Source: Spirochaetia bacterium
GTDB lineage: Bacteria; Spirochaetota; Spirochaetia; CADAEX01
Direction of reading: 5' to 3'
NCBI GenBank assembly: GCA_963662795.1
Contig: OY759746.1
Location: 160,001-224,000, forward strand
Length of the DNA: 64,000 nucleotides
The notes beneath the pieces are model-generated. The model saw only the letters and a list, made by a program, of their open reading frames with translations. It was not told where the DNA came from and made no database searches. Both the position numbers and the translations under genes were made by a program. The first letter of the stretch is position 1; every line of letters starts with the position of its first letter. Positions 17,876 to 27,277 of this stretch are shown here, one piece after another.

Positions 17876-18385
17876 ATGAGTAAAAAAATCATCGCGCTTG
17901 TTGAAGAAGGATATGAAGATCTTGAACTGCTCTATCCGGTAATCAGGTTAAGGGAAGAAGGATATCAGGTTGATATTGCGGGAACTGAAGAAGGTAAGAC
18001 CTATACGGGAAAGCACGGTTATCCTGTCAAATCAGATGTAAGTTTTAAAAAGATATCACCTGAAAACTATGACGCTCTTGTTGTTCCGGGGGGATGGGCT
18101 CCTGATAAACTGAGGCGGTATAAGGAAGTTACAGATATAATCTTAAGCATGAATAAACGGAATAAACCTGTTGCGACAATATGCCATGCAGGCTGGGTTC
18201 TGGTAACGGCAGACGCTCTTAAAGGAAGAACAGTTACAAGCGTTCCTGTAATAAGGCCGGAGCTTGAATTCGCCGGTGCAAAATGGGTAGACAGGAGTGT
18301 AGTTGTCGACGGGAACTATGTCTCAAGCCGCACTCCTTCAGACCTTCCCGATTATATGAAGGAATTGATTAAGGTCCTGAAATAA
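17876..18385 (+). CDS. DJ-1/PfpI family protein (type 1 glutamine amidotransferase-like)
   Basis: YEDLEL, VPGGWAPDKLR, ICHAG, VVDGNYVSSRTPSDL. Confidence 0.93.
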   Translation: MSKKIIALVEEGYEDLELLYPVIRLREEGYQVDIAGTEEGKTYTGKHGYPVKSDVSFKKISPENYDALVVPGGWAPDKLRRYKEVTDIILSMNKRNKPVATICHAGWVLVTADALKGRTVTSVPVIRPELEFAGAKWVDRSVVVDGNYVSSRTPSDLPDYMKELIKVLK

Positions 18386-18421
18386 AAACAGCAATATAAT
18401 ACTGTACCAGGTAAAAAACAC

Positions 18422-18455
18422 AAAAAAAGCCGAACTTTTAAAGTCCGGCTTTTTT
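18422..18455. terminator. Bidirectional terminator between convergent genes
   Basis: A7-GCCGAACTTTTAAAGTCCGGC-T6. Confidence 0.75.
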
Positions 18456-18478
18456 AATTAATTTCAGTTCAAAAGAAA

Positions 18479-19153
18479 TTATCTTGCATATTTTCCGCTT
18501 CTTGTCTCACCCTTTATTGACGGGATTTTTATAATCTGTCCCGGTACTATAAGAGATGGATTATCCGGTTCAGGCATAGTATCCTTGTTTGCCTCATATA
18601 GGATTTTCCATTTCCAGGGGTCTCCATACACGAAATCGTATTCAGCAATCCTCCACAGGCAGTCCCTTTTGTCCACATTCAGGATTACTTCATAAGAAGC
18701 AGGCAGAATATCTTTTTTTGCTGCAGGAGCAATATCTTTAAGAAGCTCAATTACCATTAAAGAATCTGCTGTGCTTTTTTCATAATCTTTTTCTGAGAAT
18801 TTATCATTAGCGCTTTTAAATAAAGCTGAGGCGTCAGTATAAAGCTGGCTGTCACGTCCCTTAATGTTAAGCCTGTCCGCCAGTTCCATCCTTTCCTTTG
18901 CCGCAGTAAGGGCTGTTCTTGCCCTGTATGCCGCTACCATCTCTGCAATGTATTTTTTTGAAAGGGCCGCATTTTCCTGTGCCTTGATGGCATATTCTGC
19001 TGACAAATCATATTCACCTTCGGCAAGAGCCTTCTCTGAAAGATTTGTGAATTCAATTGATTTTTTATAAAATTCATTATTCGCAAGGGATTGCGCAAAA
19101 ACTGCTGAAGCTGCAATCAGAAAAAGGGAAGCCAGAATAATTATTTTTTTCAT
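18479..19153 (-). CDS. Treponemal TmpB-like periplasmic protein with C-terminal LysM domain
   Basis: Signal peptide; NEFYKKS..GEYDLSAEYA; DCLWRIA..VYGDPWKWKILYEAN..NPSLIVPGQIIKIP, recalled from T. pallidum TmpB. Confidence 0.8.
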   Translation of the reverse strand: MKKIIILASLFLIAASAVFAQSLANNEFYKKSIEFTNLSEKALAEGEYDLSAEYAIKAQENAALSKKYIAEMVAAYRARTALTAAKERMELADRLNIKGRDSQLYTDASALFKSANDKFSEKDYEKSTADSLMVIELLKDIAPAAKKDILPASYEVILNVDKRDCLWRIAEYDFVYGDPWKWKILYEANKDTMPEPDNPSLIVPGQIIKIPSIKGETRSGKYAR

Positions 19154-19596
19154 AATCCGCCTCCTGCTGTTTTCTGTTCAGCTTCCATGGCAGCAGCATC
19201 ATCTTCTACATTTTTAATGTCTGCCTTGGCTTTTTCAAGCTGCTTCATCGCCTCTTCTTTCTTTACTTTTGCATTTTCATAGGCAGCAAGAAACAAAGTT
19301 TCAGATTCAAGATATTTGGCCGCAGCTGTTTTCACTTTCTCTCCACCGGCGGCAGCAAGAGTGTTTGCCTCATTGTATATGGACATTGCGCTGTCAAATT
19401 CTTTTTTCACAGCTACTTCCGCCTTGACAGATTTTGCCTTGTTCATTGCATCTGTAGCTCTGCCTTTTTCCATATCTGCAGTAATTACAGGTGCAGGCTG
19501 TACAACAGGTGCAGCAACAGGCTCAACTGCCTTTTCGGGAGCAGATGCACATGAATAAAAAACAAGAATTGGCAGAAGCAATAATAATTTTTTCAT
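19150..19596 (-). CDS. Helical lipoprotein (TmpA-position gene)
   Basis: Lipobox FYSC, Ala/Lys/Glu-rich helices, 4-nt overlap with the TmpB-like gene. Confidence 0.75.
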   Translation of the reverse strand: MKKLLLLLPILVFYSCASAPEKAVEPVAAPVVQPAPVITADMEKGRATDAMNKAKSVKAEVAVKKEFDSAMSIYNEANTLAAAGGEKVKTAAAKYLESETLFLAAYENAKVKKEEAMKQLEKAKADIKNVEDDAAAMEAEQKTAGGGL

Positions 19597-19693
19597 ATAT
19601 TACCTCCAGTATAATATTAATATAATACAGAATGGATAAAAAGACCAAAATTATTTTTTTATCGTATAACTTGTATTTTTCTCAACCGGGGAA

Positions 19694-20041
19694 TTACTGC
19701 GTTCTTGTCGCGATCAGGTCGGCTCCTGTCCCGCTGATATTATATATTATAACATCCCCCCTTTTAACAGGGGATTCAAGTTCAATTTTAAGCGTCTCGT
19801 CAAGTATTCCCGCAATTTTAGTTTTGGGAACCGGTGCTGATGTCCTTACAGAAACAAGAGGCATGACTGATCCTTTTATCCTGACGCTTGTTATAACAGT
19901 ACGGACGGGGGATGTCAGTTCCCTTAACGCGTAATTTTCACCGGCTTTGCAAAGTGCGCCTGTGAAAATGTATTCACCGTTTTTTTCCTCTGCCGTTATC
20001 TCACAGCCTATAGGACAGGTTATGCATGTTATCACCTTCAT
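19694..20041 (-). CDS. DUF1667 family protein (CxxCPxGC)
   Basis: TCITCPIGC...C, usual third gene of glpA-like operons. Confidence 0.88.
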   Translation of the reverse strand: MKVITCITCPIGCEITAEEKNGEYIFTGALCKAGENYALRELTSPVRTVITSVRIKGSVMPLVSVRTSAPVPKTKIAGILDETLKIELESPVKRGDVIIYNISGTGADLIATRTQ

Positions 20042-21414
20042 ATCTGTAATACCTCTACTTTTATATCAGTCAGCTCATTTTTTATTTCAGCAGATTCCGG
20101 TCTTGATTTTATCAGCTTAAGAAGGATATCCGTTACCTCAATTCTTTCCATCTCTCCGGGTCTCACAATCGTTTTAACTTTGCTCTCATGAATAATGCTT
20201 TCTCCCTGAGTAAGCATTATTTTTACATTCCGCATCGGCTTTGTAACTCTGAACGAAAGCTTAAAATGAATATTTTCAGTATTGTCATTTTTTACGGCAT
20301 AATCCGGCTCAACATAAACAGCCTGAGGAACCACATATGAAACATTTTTTCCAGGTAAAAACTGCTGTCTTGCTTCAGGAGTTCTTTTTCCGCTGACTTT
20401 TCCTGCGGTTTTTGCCCACTGCGCAGCCGCCTTTCCCGCTGCGATGCCGTCTTCAGAAACATAATCCACAAGGTCGGAAACATGCATAACGTTTCCGCAG
20501 GCAAAGATACCGTCAGCTGAAGTCTGGAAAGTACTGTCAACTTCAGGACCTTTTGTTTTAGGGTCAATTTTTATCCCTGCCTTTTCCGTAAGTTCGTTCT
20601 CAGGAATCAACCCGACAGAAAGAAGCAGGGTATCGCATTCAATAAACCTTCGGGTCCCTTCTATTATCTTTTTTTCATCATCAATTTCTGCGATTTCTAC
20701 ACCCTCTACCCTGCTGTTTCCCCTGATATAGGTGACAGTATGGTTAAGATAGACAGGGATATTAAAGTCATCAAGACACTGCACCCTGTTGCGGGAAAGC
20801 CCTCCTAAAAAGGACATTACTTCAACGATTGCCTTAACACTGGCCCCTTCAAAAGTAAGCCGCCTTGCCATTATCATTCCGATATCGCCGGACCCCAGTA
20901 TTACAATATTTTTACCCGGCAGGTATCCTTCTATATTTGTAAACCTCTGGGCAAGCCCTGCGGTAAATATTCCGGCTGGCCGGGTCCCGGGAAGCATTAT
21001 GTTGCCCCTTGTCCTTTCCCTGCACCCCATCGCAAGAATTACAGCTTTTGCCTTTATACAGATAAGCCCTTCACTTCCTGAAACACCTGTTACAGTATGA
21101 AAATCAGCCAGGCCGGACGGAGTTACCTTTCCTGCCGGTATAACTTCAAGAACCATTGTCTCAAGCTTTATTTCAATTCCGAGAGCGGCGGCCTTTTCCG
21201 CGTATATTTCCGCGTATTCAGGCCCTGTAAGGTCCCTGCTTAAGTTGTGAAGGCCGAACCCGTTGTGTATGCACTGGGGCAGGATCCCGCCTGTCATGAA
21301 ATCCCTCTCAATTATTACAACCCTTTCCGCGCCGCCTTCCCTTGCCCCGATACCCGCGGCAAGCCCTGCCGGGCCTGCCCCTATAACCGCAACATCATAG
21401 ATATATTCTTTCAT
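20038..21414 (-). CDS. NAD(P)/FAD-dependent oxidoreductase (GlpA-partner subunit)
   Basis: GAGPAG, GILPQCIHNGFG, LTGPEYA, GCRERTRG, GSGDIG, FACGNV. Confidence 0.9.
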   Translation of the reverse strand: MKEYIYDVAVIGAGPAGLAAGIGAREGGAERVVIIERDFMTGGILPQCIHNGFGLHNLSRDLTGPEYAEIYAEKAAALGIEIKLETMVLEVIPAGKVTPSGLADFHTVTGVSGSEGLICIKAKAVILAMGCRERTRGNIMLPGTRPAGIFTAGLAQRFTNIEGYLPGKNIVILGSGDIGMIMARRLTFEGASVKAIVEVMSFLGGLSRNRVQCLDDFNIPVYLNHTVTYIRGNSRVEGVEIAEIDDEKKIIEGTRRFIECDTLLLSVGLIPENELTEKAGIKIDPKTKGPEVDSTFQTSADGIFACGNVMHVSDLVDYVSEDGIAAGKAAAQWAKTAGKVSGKRTPEARQQFLPGKNVSYVVPQAVYVEPDYAVKNDNTENIHFKLSFRVTKPMRNVKIMLTQGESIIHESKVKTIVRPGEMERIEVTDILLKLIKSRPESAEIKNELTDIKVEVLQI

Positions 21415-22928
21415 TTCCCCGCCCCGCTGTCTCCTGCCGGCTGCTTAAAATGAGCCGATGAGTCTTTTGTCTCACGTTTCAGTATTTCTGTTCCCCTGCC
21501 TCTTTTCGTTATTTTAAGCGGATCAAGCCCTGTCTCTTCGCATATTATCCTGACAATTCTGGGTGTGCAGAAACCGCCGCTGCACCTGCCCATTTGTGTT
21601 TTAGTCCTCCGCTTTATTCCGTCAAGCGAAACCACACCCAGAGGGTTATGGACCGCTTCGATAATTTCGGCCTTCGAAACAGTCTGGCATCTGCAGATAA
21701 TTTCGCCATAATGTGGATTTTCTTTTAAAAGAGCCTCCCTCTCCTGCCGGGATGATGGTTCAAAACGCCTGATTTTTTTCCTTACCGGATTGAACATGGG
21801 ATTTTTTTCAAGAGTTATCCGCTGCGACAGAAGCTCTGCCATGTATTCGCCGATCCCTATGCTGCCGCTGATTCCTGTAGACCTTATGGCAGCCGCGTTG
21901 ATGAAAGGCATAACTCCGTCAGGATGCCAGCCGATTATATAATCATTAATTTCAGCACACCGTGCGCGGAGACCTGCATACTGATGTATTGTCATGGATT
22001 TATCAAGCCAGGGAAAAATACGCTTTCCGGCTTCCCAGCCCGCATCCAGGGCATCAGAAGTTGTCCCCTTCTCCTCTTTGTCTCTGAGATCCCTTGCTGT
22101 AGGCCCGACCATCAGATTGCCGTCGCGCGTTTTTACGACAGTTGTCCCGCGGAAATCAGGCTGCGGACACCCGTATACGATGGAATTGACGCGGCCGGAA
22201 AATTTTTTGTCAATGACCCAGAACTCCCCTTTCCTCGGGCGGATTTCAAAATTATCCCAGCCTGCCATCTTTGAAACCTTATCAGAATAAAGCCCTGCTG
22301 AATTAATCACAAAATCCGCCTCAAGTGTTTTCTCTCCGTTATTTATCCCGACAACCCATGGAGAATCCGCGGAGGACCGGTATGAGAGGGAAGTAACTTC
22401 ACTTTCAAAAATGAAATTAACGCCGTTAACAGCAGCGTTTTCCGCAAGGGCGAGAACAAGGTAGTATGAGAGAAGAGAACCGTCCTCCGGTGCGTATAAA
22501 GCTCCGAGCGCATCCGGATTTACATAAGGCTCTTTTGAAAGAAGCTCTTCCCGGCCAATAACCCTGGTTGTGTAAACACCGCAGGCCTCGGCCTTTTTCT
22601 GAAGGGCCGGAAGCGTTTCATTGAACTCGCGCTCTGTCACAGCAACATTAAATGAACCGCATCTTGTGTATTCCACATCAAGCTCTTCTGTAATTTTTTC
22701 CCATCTTTTATTGCTCCGTCTTATCATTTCAATTTCCAGCGGGCAGGAGGGATCAAGGTCTGCGCCGCAGACTATATGGGAATTGTTTGCCTTGCTGGTA
22801 CCTGAACAGACATCATCCTCTTTTTCAAGCACTGTAACGGAAAGGTTTTTATACTGCGAAAGTTCCCTCGCAATGGCGCATCCGACAGCGCCGCCCCCCG
22901 CAATTACAACCCTATAATTATTCTTCAA
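21411..22928 (-). CDS. FAD-dependent oxidoreductase, glycerol-3-phosphate dehydrogenase/LhgO-like with BFD-type [2Fe-2S] domain
   Basis: GGGAVG, GTSKANN, PRKGE, YAGLR; C-terminal ICRCQ...GRCSGGFC. Confidence 0.85.
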   Translation of the reverse strand: MKNNYRVVIAGGGAVGCAIARELSQYKNLSVTVLEKEDDVCSGTSKANNSHIVCGADLDPSCPLEIEMIRRSNKRWEKITEELDVEYTRCGSFNVAVTEREFNETLPALQKKAEACGVYTTRVIGREELLSKEPYVNPDALGALYAPEDGSLLSYYLVLALAENAAVNGVNFIFESEVTSLSYRSSADSPWVVGINNGEKTLEADFVINSAGLYSDKVSKMAGWDNFEIRPRKGEFWVIDKKFSGRVNSIVYGCPQPDFRGTTVVKTRDGNLMVGPTARDLRDKEEKGTTSDALDAGWEAGKRIFPWLDKSMTIHQYAGLRARCAEINDYIIGWHPDGVMPFINAAAIRSTGISGSIGIGEYMAELLSQRITLEKNPMFNPVRKKIRRFEPSSRQEREALLKENPHYGEIICRCQTVSKAEIIEAVHNPLGVVSLDGIKRRTKTQMGRCSGGFCTPRIVRIICEETGLDPLKITKRGRGTEILKRETKDSSAHFKQPAGDSGAGK

Positions 22929-23224
22929 GAAAGACCTCCATCACTCAGTAGTGCCAGATTTAGAATACAACCTGCAGGCTTAAACCTTCAGGAATTATTT
23001 CATGTTTTCATGTTTTCATTTTATATTATAAATACAATAATCTTATACATCTTTGATGATTTTATTGTCAATAAAGATCAGCACCTGCATTTTTATTTTT
23101 ACAAAATACCATTTATCGGAAAGATACAATAAGGGATGGTAATGATTATACAGACGGCTTTATACTCAAGGCGGCTGAAATACTCACGCCTATATTTTTA
23201 CAGATAAATCAGAAGAAGACTTTT

Positions 23225-23626
23225 TCAGACCGGCCTGAAAAAGCTGTTTGCCTCAAGCAGGGCGCGGTCCGCGTCCGCCCAGTCAGGATTTTCGAGTGAG
23301 CCTGTTTCGATCCAGCGAATCTCATGGTGATCGAGTGCGGAAGGTTCACCGTTTTTGATTTTAACAACAACCGGGATCAGTTCAATTGTTTTGTCAGGAT
23401 AATGGTGTATAACGCTTTTCAGCACTTCTCCCGCTATGCTTTCAATGCCGAGTTCTTCCTCAAGTTCCCGTACAACAGCTTCCTCAGCGCTTTCGCTGCC
23501 CTCAAGCTTCCCTCCCGGGAGCTCCCACTTGAGGGGCAGGTCCATATTTATGCTTCTTCTCGCGGCAAGGAGCCTGCCGTTCTCTATTATCACGGCACAG
23601 CATACCCTGATTATTCTTTCAGACAT
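23225..23626 (-). CDS. Nudix hydrolase (MutT/NudG-like)
   Basis: WELPGGKLEGSESAEEAVVRELEEELG Nudix box; WADAD. Confidence 0.92.
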   Translation of the reverse strand: MSERIIRVCCAVIIENGRLLAARRSINMDLPLKWELPGGKLEGSESAEEAVVRELEEELGIESIAGEVLKSVIHHYPDKTIELIPVVVKIKNGEPSALDHHEIRWIETGSLENPDWADADRALLEANSFFRPV

Positions 23627-23650
23627 CAGACGCTGCCCCAGACAAAAATG

Positions 23651-24778
23651 TCAAACCCTGACAAGATTATATTTTGTATTTCCAAGTCCTATGCTCCGTG
23701 CATATTCAAGCCCTTCCTTCCAGTTGGAACCTGGATAGAGAGATGCAAATTTATCGCTCCCCTCTTTGTATCCTGTATTGTCAAGCTGGCATCCACTTAC
23801 TGAAGGGGCGCTGTTTACAAGATCAACCGCTGCCTGATCAATAGCTACGGGATCGAATGAGGCAAGAATACCGATATCCGGAACAATCGGGGTATCATTG
23901 TGGTTCCAGCAGTCGCAGTTAGGGGATACATCCACGACAAAAGTTATATGAAAATGCTGTTTGCCGCGAAGAACCGCAAGAGTATATTCAGCTATCTTTT
24001 TTACGGCAACAGCTGCGGCTTCATCCCAGTTAAATGATGCTGCTCCGTATTTGCAGACAGCTATACACTGACCGCATCCTATACAAAGATCATAATTAAT
24101 TTTTGCCTTTTTATTGCCATCGTATGCTATGGCTCCTTCCGGGCAGTATTTTATGCACTGGCCGCATGAAACGCATTTTTTTTCAAGTATAAAAGGTTTT
24201 GAGGATGAATGCATTTCAAGCTTGCCGCCCCTCGAACCGCTTCCCATACCGATATTCTTAAGCGCCCCGCCGAAGCCTGTCAAATCATGCCCTTTAAAGT
24301 GGTTCATTGATATTAAAACGTCAGAGTCGGCAATAACTGTTCCGATTTTTGCGGTTTTACAGTATTCAAGAGATAATTCAATTTCGTTGAAATCTGTCCC
24401 TTTAAGCCCGTCAGCGATTATAACAGGACACCCGGTAACAACGCTTGAAAAACCATTTTTTTCAGCGGCTGTCAGATGATCGATGCTGTTGGACCTTTTT
24501 CCTGAATAGAGGGTATTGGCATCAGTAAGGAATGGTTTGCCTCCCCTTCCTTTCACAAGGTCTGAAACAACAGAGACAAAATTGGGCCTGATATAGGCAA
24601 AATTACCGGGTTCTCCGAAATGGATTTTTATTGCTGTGAATTTTTTATCAAGATCAAGTTTCTCAAAGCCTGCCTTTAAAATCAGATTCTGTATTTTGTC
24701 AAAAAGATTATTGCTGCCTGAGGTTCTCATATCCGTGAAATATACATCTGAAATTTTTTCTCCCATTGCCGTCTCCAT
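23651..24778 (-). CDS. DUF362 domain protein with 2x[4Fe-4S] ferredoxin domain
   Basis: KIHFGE, HFKGH..FGGALKN, CVSCGQCIKYCP, CIGCGQCIAVC, CDC, DPVAID. Confidence 0.9.
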   Translation of the reverse strand: METAMGEKISDVYFTDMRTSGSNNLFDKIQNLILKAGFEKLDLDKKFTAIKIHFGEPGNFAYIRPNFVSVVSDLVKGRGGKPFLTDANTLYSGKRSNSIDHLTAAEKNGFSSVVTGCPVIIADGLKGTDFNEIELSLEYCKTAKIGTVIADSDVLISMNHFKGHDLTGFGGALKNIGMGSGSRGGKLEMHSSSKPFILEKKCVSCGQCIKYCPEGAIAYDGNKKAKINYDLCIGCGQCIAVCKYGAASFNWDEAAAVAVKKIAEYTLAVLRGKQHFHITFVVDVSPNCDCWNHNDTPIVPDIGILASFDPVAIDQAAVDLVNSAPSVSGCQLDNTGYKEGSDKFASLYPGSNWKEGLEYARSIGLGNTKYNLVRV

Positions 24779-25039
24779 ATATCAGTTTTTTTATTTATAC
24801 AGATTATAACAGATTGTGCATGTAAATAATACATTAACAGCATAAAGACCTGGAGATTGTTTTGAAACACCAGGGAAGCTGTTCCACCGGGGAAGAAAAA
24901 AGGGTTTATTTTTTCATTTAATCACTTTTTTATATATAAATTATTCATTATTCTGCCAATACATCTTAAAAACATTAATTAAATCTGATAAACTGAGTAT
25001 GATTTAAATAGAAAAATCACTTCAATTTAAGGGAAGATT

Positions 25040-27214
25040 ATGGACAAGAAAAAAATTATAATTTTAGGCGGAGCTTATGCCGGTATTGCAGCAGCGAAAA
25101 AAATTTACAGGAAATTCAAAAAAGGCTCTGAAGTTGAATTGACAATAATTGACAAGAACAAATATCACACTCTAATGACAGAGCTGCATGAAGTAGCAGG
25201 GTCAAGAGTGATACCAGATTCAGTCATGATCAGTTTTGAAAGAATTTTCTCGGGGAAAAAAATAAACATTGTAAATGACTTTATAAAAGGTGTTGATTTC
25301 AAGAACCAGCTGGTGGAATCCGACAGGGCAAAATATCCCTATGACTACCTTATAATCGGAACAGGCGGCGCACCTGAATTTTTTGATATCCCCGGGGTTC
25401 AGGAGAATTCTTTCTCACTCTGGTCCCTTGAAGATGCCATCAGGATAAGAAAACAGCTTGAAGAACGCTTCAGGCTGGCAGCTAAAGAGGCGAATCCGGA
25501 AATCAGACAACGAATGCTAACCTTCGTTGTCGCGGGAGCGGGATTTACAGGAATTGAAATTGCCGGCGAATTCATGGAGAGAAGAGATGTCCTGTGCGGT
25601 AAATATCACATTGACAAATCAGATGTAAAGATTGTTGTAATTGAAGCGCTTGACAATATTCTTCCAATAATAGAGGAAAAACTTAAAAAGAAAGCGGCCA
25701 GATATCTTGAAAAACACGGGGTTGAGATAATACTCAACGCCCGGATAACCGGAGCCACAGAAAATAAAGTTATTATTGCAGACGGAAGGGAAATACAGAC
25801 TGATACATTTATCTGGACTTGCGGAATCCATGGATCTGAGTTTACTTCAATGGTAGATCTGACAAAAGGGCATACATCAAGAGGCCAGTGCAGTATAGCC
25901 TCAGCTGAAGGTATCCATGGAATGAGCGACTGCAGGTTCGAGGAAGATGAAAGATATATAGTAGGAACCAGAGGCAGAATACTTGTTAATGAATATATTC
26001 AGTCGGTTGACTACAGTAACGTCTATGTAGTAGGCGATAACATGTGGTTTCTTGAGAACGGAAAAGTTCTGCCCCAGATTGTTGAAACAGCGCTCCAGAC
26101 AGGAGAAACTGCCGCAAAGAATATTATTGCTGACATTGAAAAAACTGAAAAAGAGCCATTCAAATCAAATTATCACGGGTTTATGGTTTCAATCGGCGGA
26201 AGATACGCTGTATCAAACGCAGGGGGCTTAAAGGTATCAGGTTTTATGGCAATGGCAATGAAACACCTTGTCAACCTTCATTATCTTTTCAGTCTTGCCG
26301 GGATTAATGCGGTCTGGGGTTACATGAAGCATGAATTCTTCGACATGAAAGACGGCAGGACTTTCCTTGGGGATCATTTTTCCTGGAAAGTTCAGGGCTG
26401 GTGGGTTTTTCCGCTAAGGGCATGGCTTGGTATTATGTGGATTGCCGAAGGACTTAACAAGATTGGAGAAGGCTGGCTTAATTTTGGAGCCGGCACAAAA
26501 TCCGGCTGGATGTTCAGCAAGGGCGTAATACAAAAAGGTGTTGAAACAACTGCTTCACTGTCATCGGCCGTGGCCGGATCCGGCGCTGCTGATGCGGTAG
26601 CGGCGGCCTCCGATGCCGGTGAGTATGCTGCAGAAGCTGCAGTAGAAACAGTAGCAGATACTGTTGCAGCTGCATCAGATGCCGGAGAATATGCAGTCGA
26701 AGCCGTAGTAGAAACAGTTGCCGATGCTGTTGCAGCTGCTTCCGACACTGTTGCATCAGCAGCAGGTGCGGTGGCAGACAATACTGTTCATGCGTTCGGC
26801 AAGCTCTGGGACACCGGTAAATCCATAATCCCCTATGATTCTCCATTTGTAACATGGTTCAGGGAAACCTTTATGGACAGTATAATGGCACATATCAGTT
26901 ATCCTGTATTTCAGGGAATGATTGTATTTGCAGAACTGGCAATCGGACTTGCTCTTCTGGGCGGACTCTTTACATGGCTTGCAGCAGCCGCATCCATTGT
27001 AATGTGTATTGTTTTTACCGCTTCGGGAATGTTCAGCTGGGACCAGGCATGGTTTGTATTTGCAGCATTCCTTATGCTGGGCGGAGCCGGAAGAAGCCTC
27101 GGCCTTGACCAATGGGTAATGCCTGTAATTAAAAAATGGTGGAACAGTACTTCGTTTGCCAGGAAAACATACCTTTACCTTAATGAGCCGGTTATCAAAA
27201 AATCAAAAAAATAA
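25040..27214 (+). CDS. Type II NADH dehydrogenase fused to DoxX-like membrane domain
   Basis: GGAYAG, GAGFTGIE, WTCG, VVGD; C-terminal LRAWLGIMWIAEG..K and ELAIGLALLGGLFT...GAGRSLGLD helices. Confidence 0.88.
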   Translation: MDKKKIIILGGAYAGIAAAKKIYRKFKKGSEVELTIIDKNKYHTLMTELHEVAGSRVIPDSVMISFERIFSGKKINIVNDFIKGVDFKNQLVESDRAKYPYDYLIIGTGGAPEFFDIPGVQENSFSLWSLEDAIRIRKQLEERFRLAAKEANPEIRQRMLTFVVAGAGFTGIEIAGEFMERRDVLCGKYHIDKSDVKIVVIEALDNILPIIEEKLKKKAARYLEKHGVEIILNARITGATENKVIIADGREIQTDTFIWTCGIHGSEFTSMVDLTKGHTSRGQCSIASAEGIHGMSDCRFEEDERYIVGTRGRILVNEYIQSVDYSNVYVVGDNMWFLENGKVLPQIVETALQTGETAAKNIIADIEKTEKEPFKSNYHGFMVSIGGRYAVSNAGGLKVSGFMAMAMKHLVNLHYLFSLAGINAVWGYMKHEFFDMKDGRTFLGDHFSWKVQGWWVFPLRAWLGIMWIAEGLNKIGEGWLNFGAGTKSGWMFSKGVIQKGVETTASLSSAVAGSGAADAVAAASDAGEYAAEAAVETVADTVAAASDAGEYAVEAVVETVADAVAAASDTVASAAGAVADNTVHAFGKLWDTGKSIIPYDSPFVTWFRETFMDSIMAHISYPVFQGMIVFAELAIGLALLGGLFTWLAAAASIVMCIVFTASGMFSWDQAWFVFAAFLMLGGAGRSLGLDQWVMPVIKKWWNSTSFARKTYLYLNEPVIKKSKK
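26588..26752 (+). repeat. 2.5x 66-nt (22-aa) intragenic tandem repeat ADxVAAASDAGEYAxEAxVETV
   Basis: Units start at 26588, 26654 and 26720; synonymous divergence between units. Confidence 0.9.
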
Positions 27215-27277
27215 TGTTTGAGGCTCCCTGTTTTGCTGCTGCATCACAGGGAGCATGATTTTAAACAAGGGAACTGT

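Noticed and set aside
26588-26752. CRISPR or non-coding repeat
   Set aside because: In-frame 66-nt coding repeat without unique spacers; no cas genes
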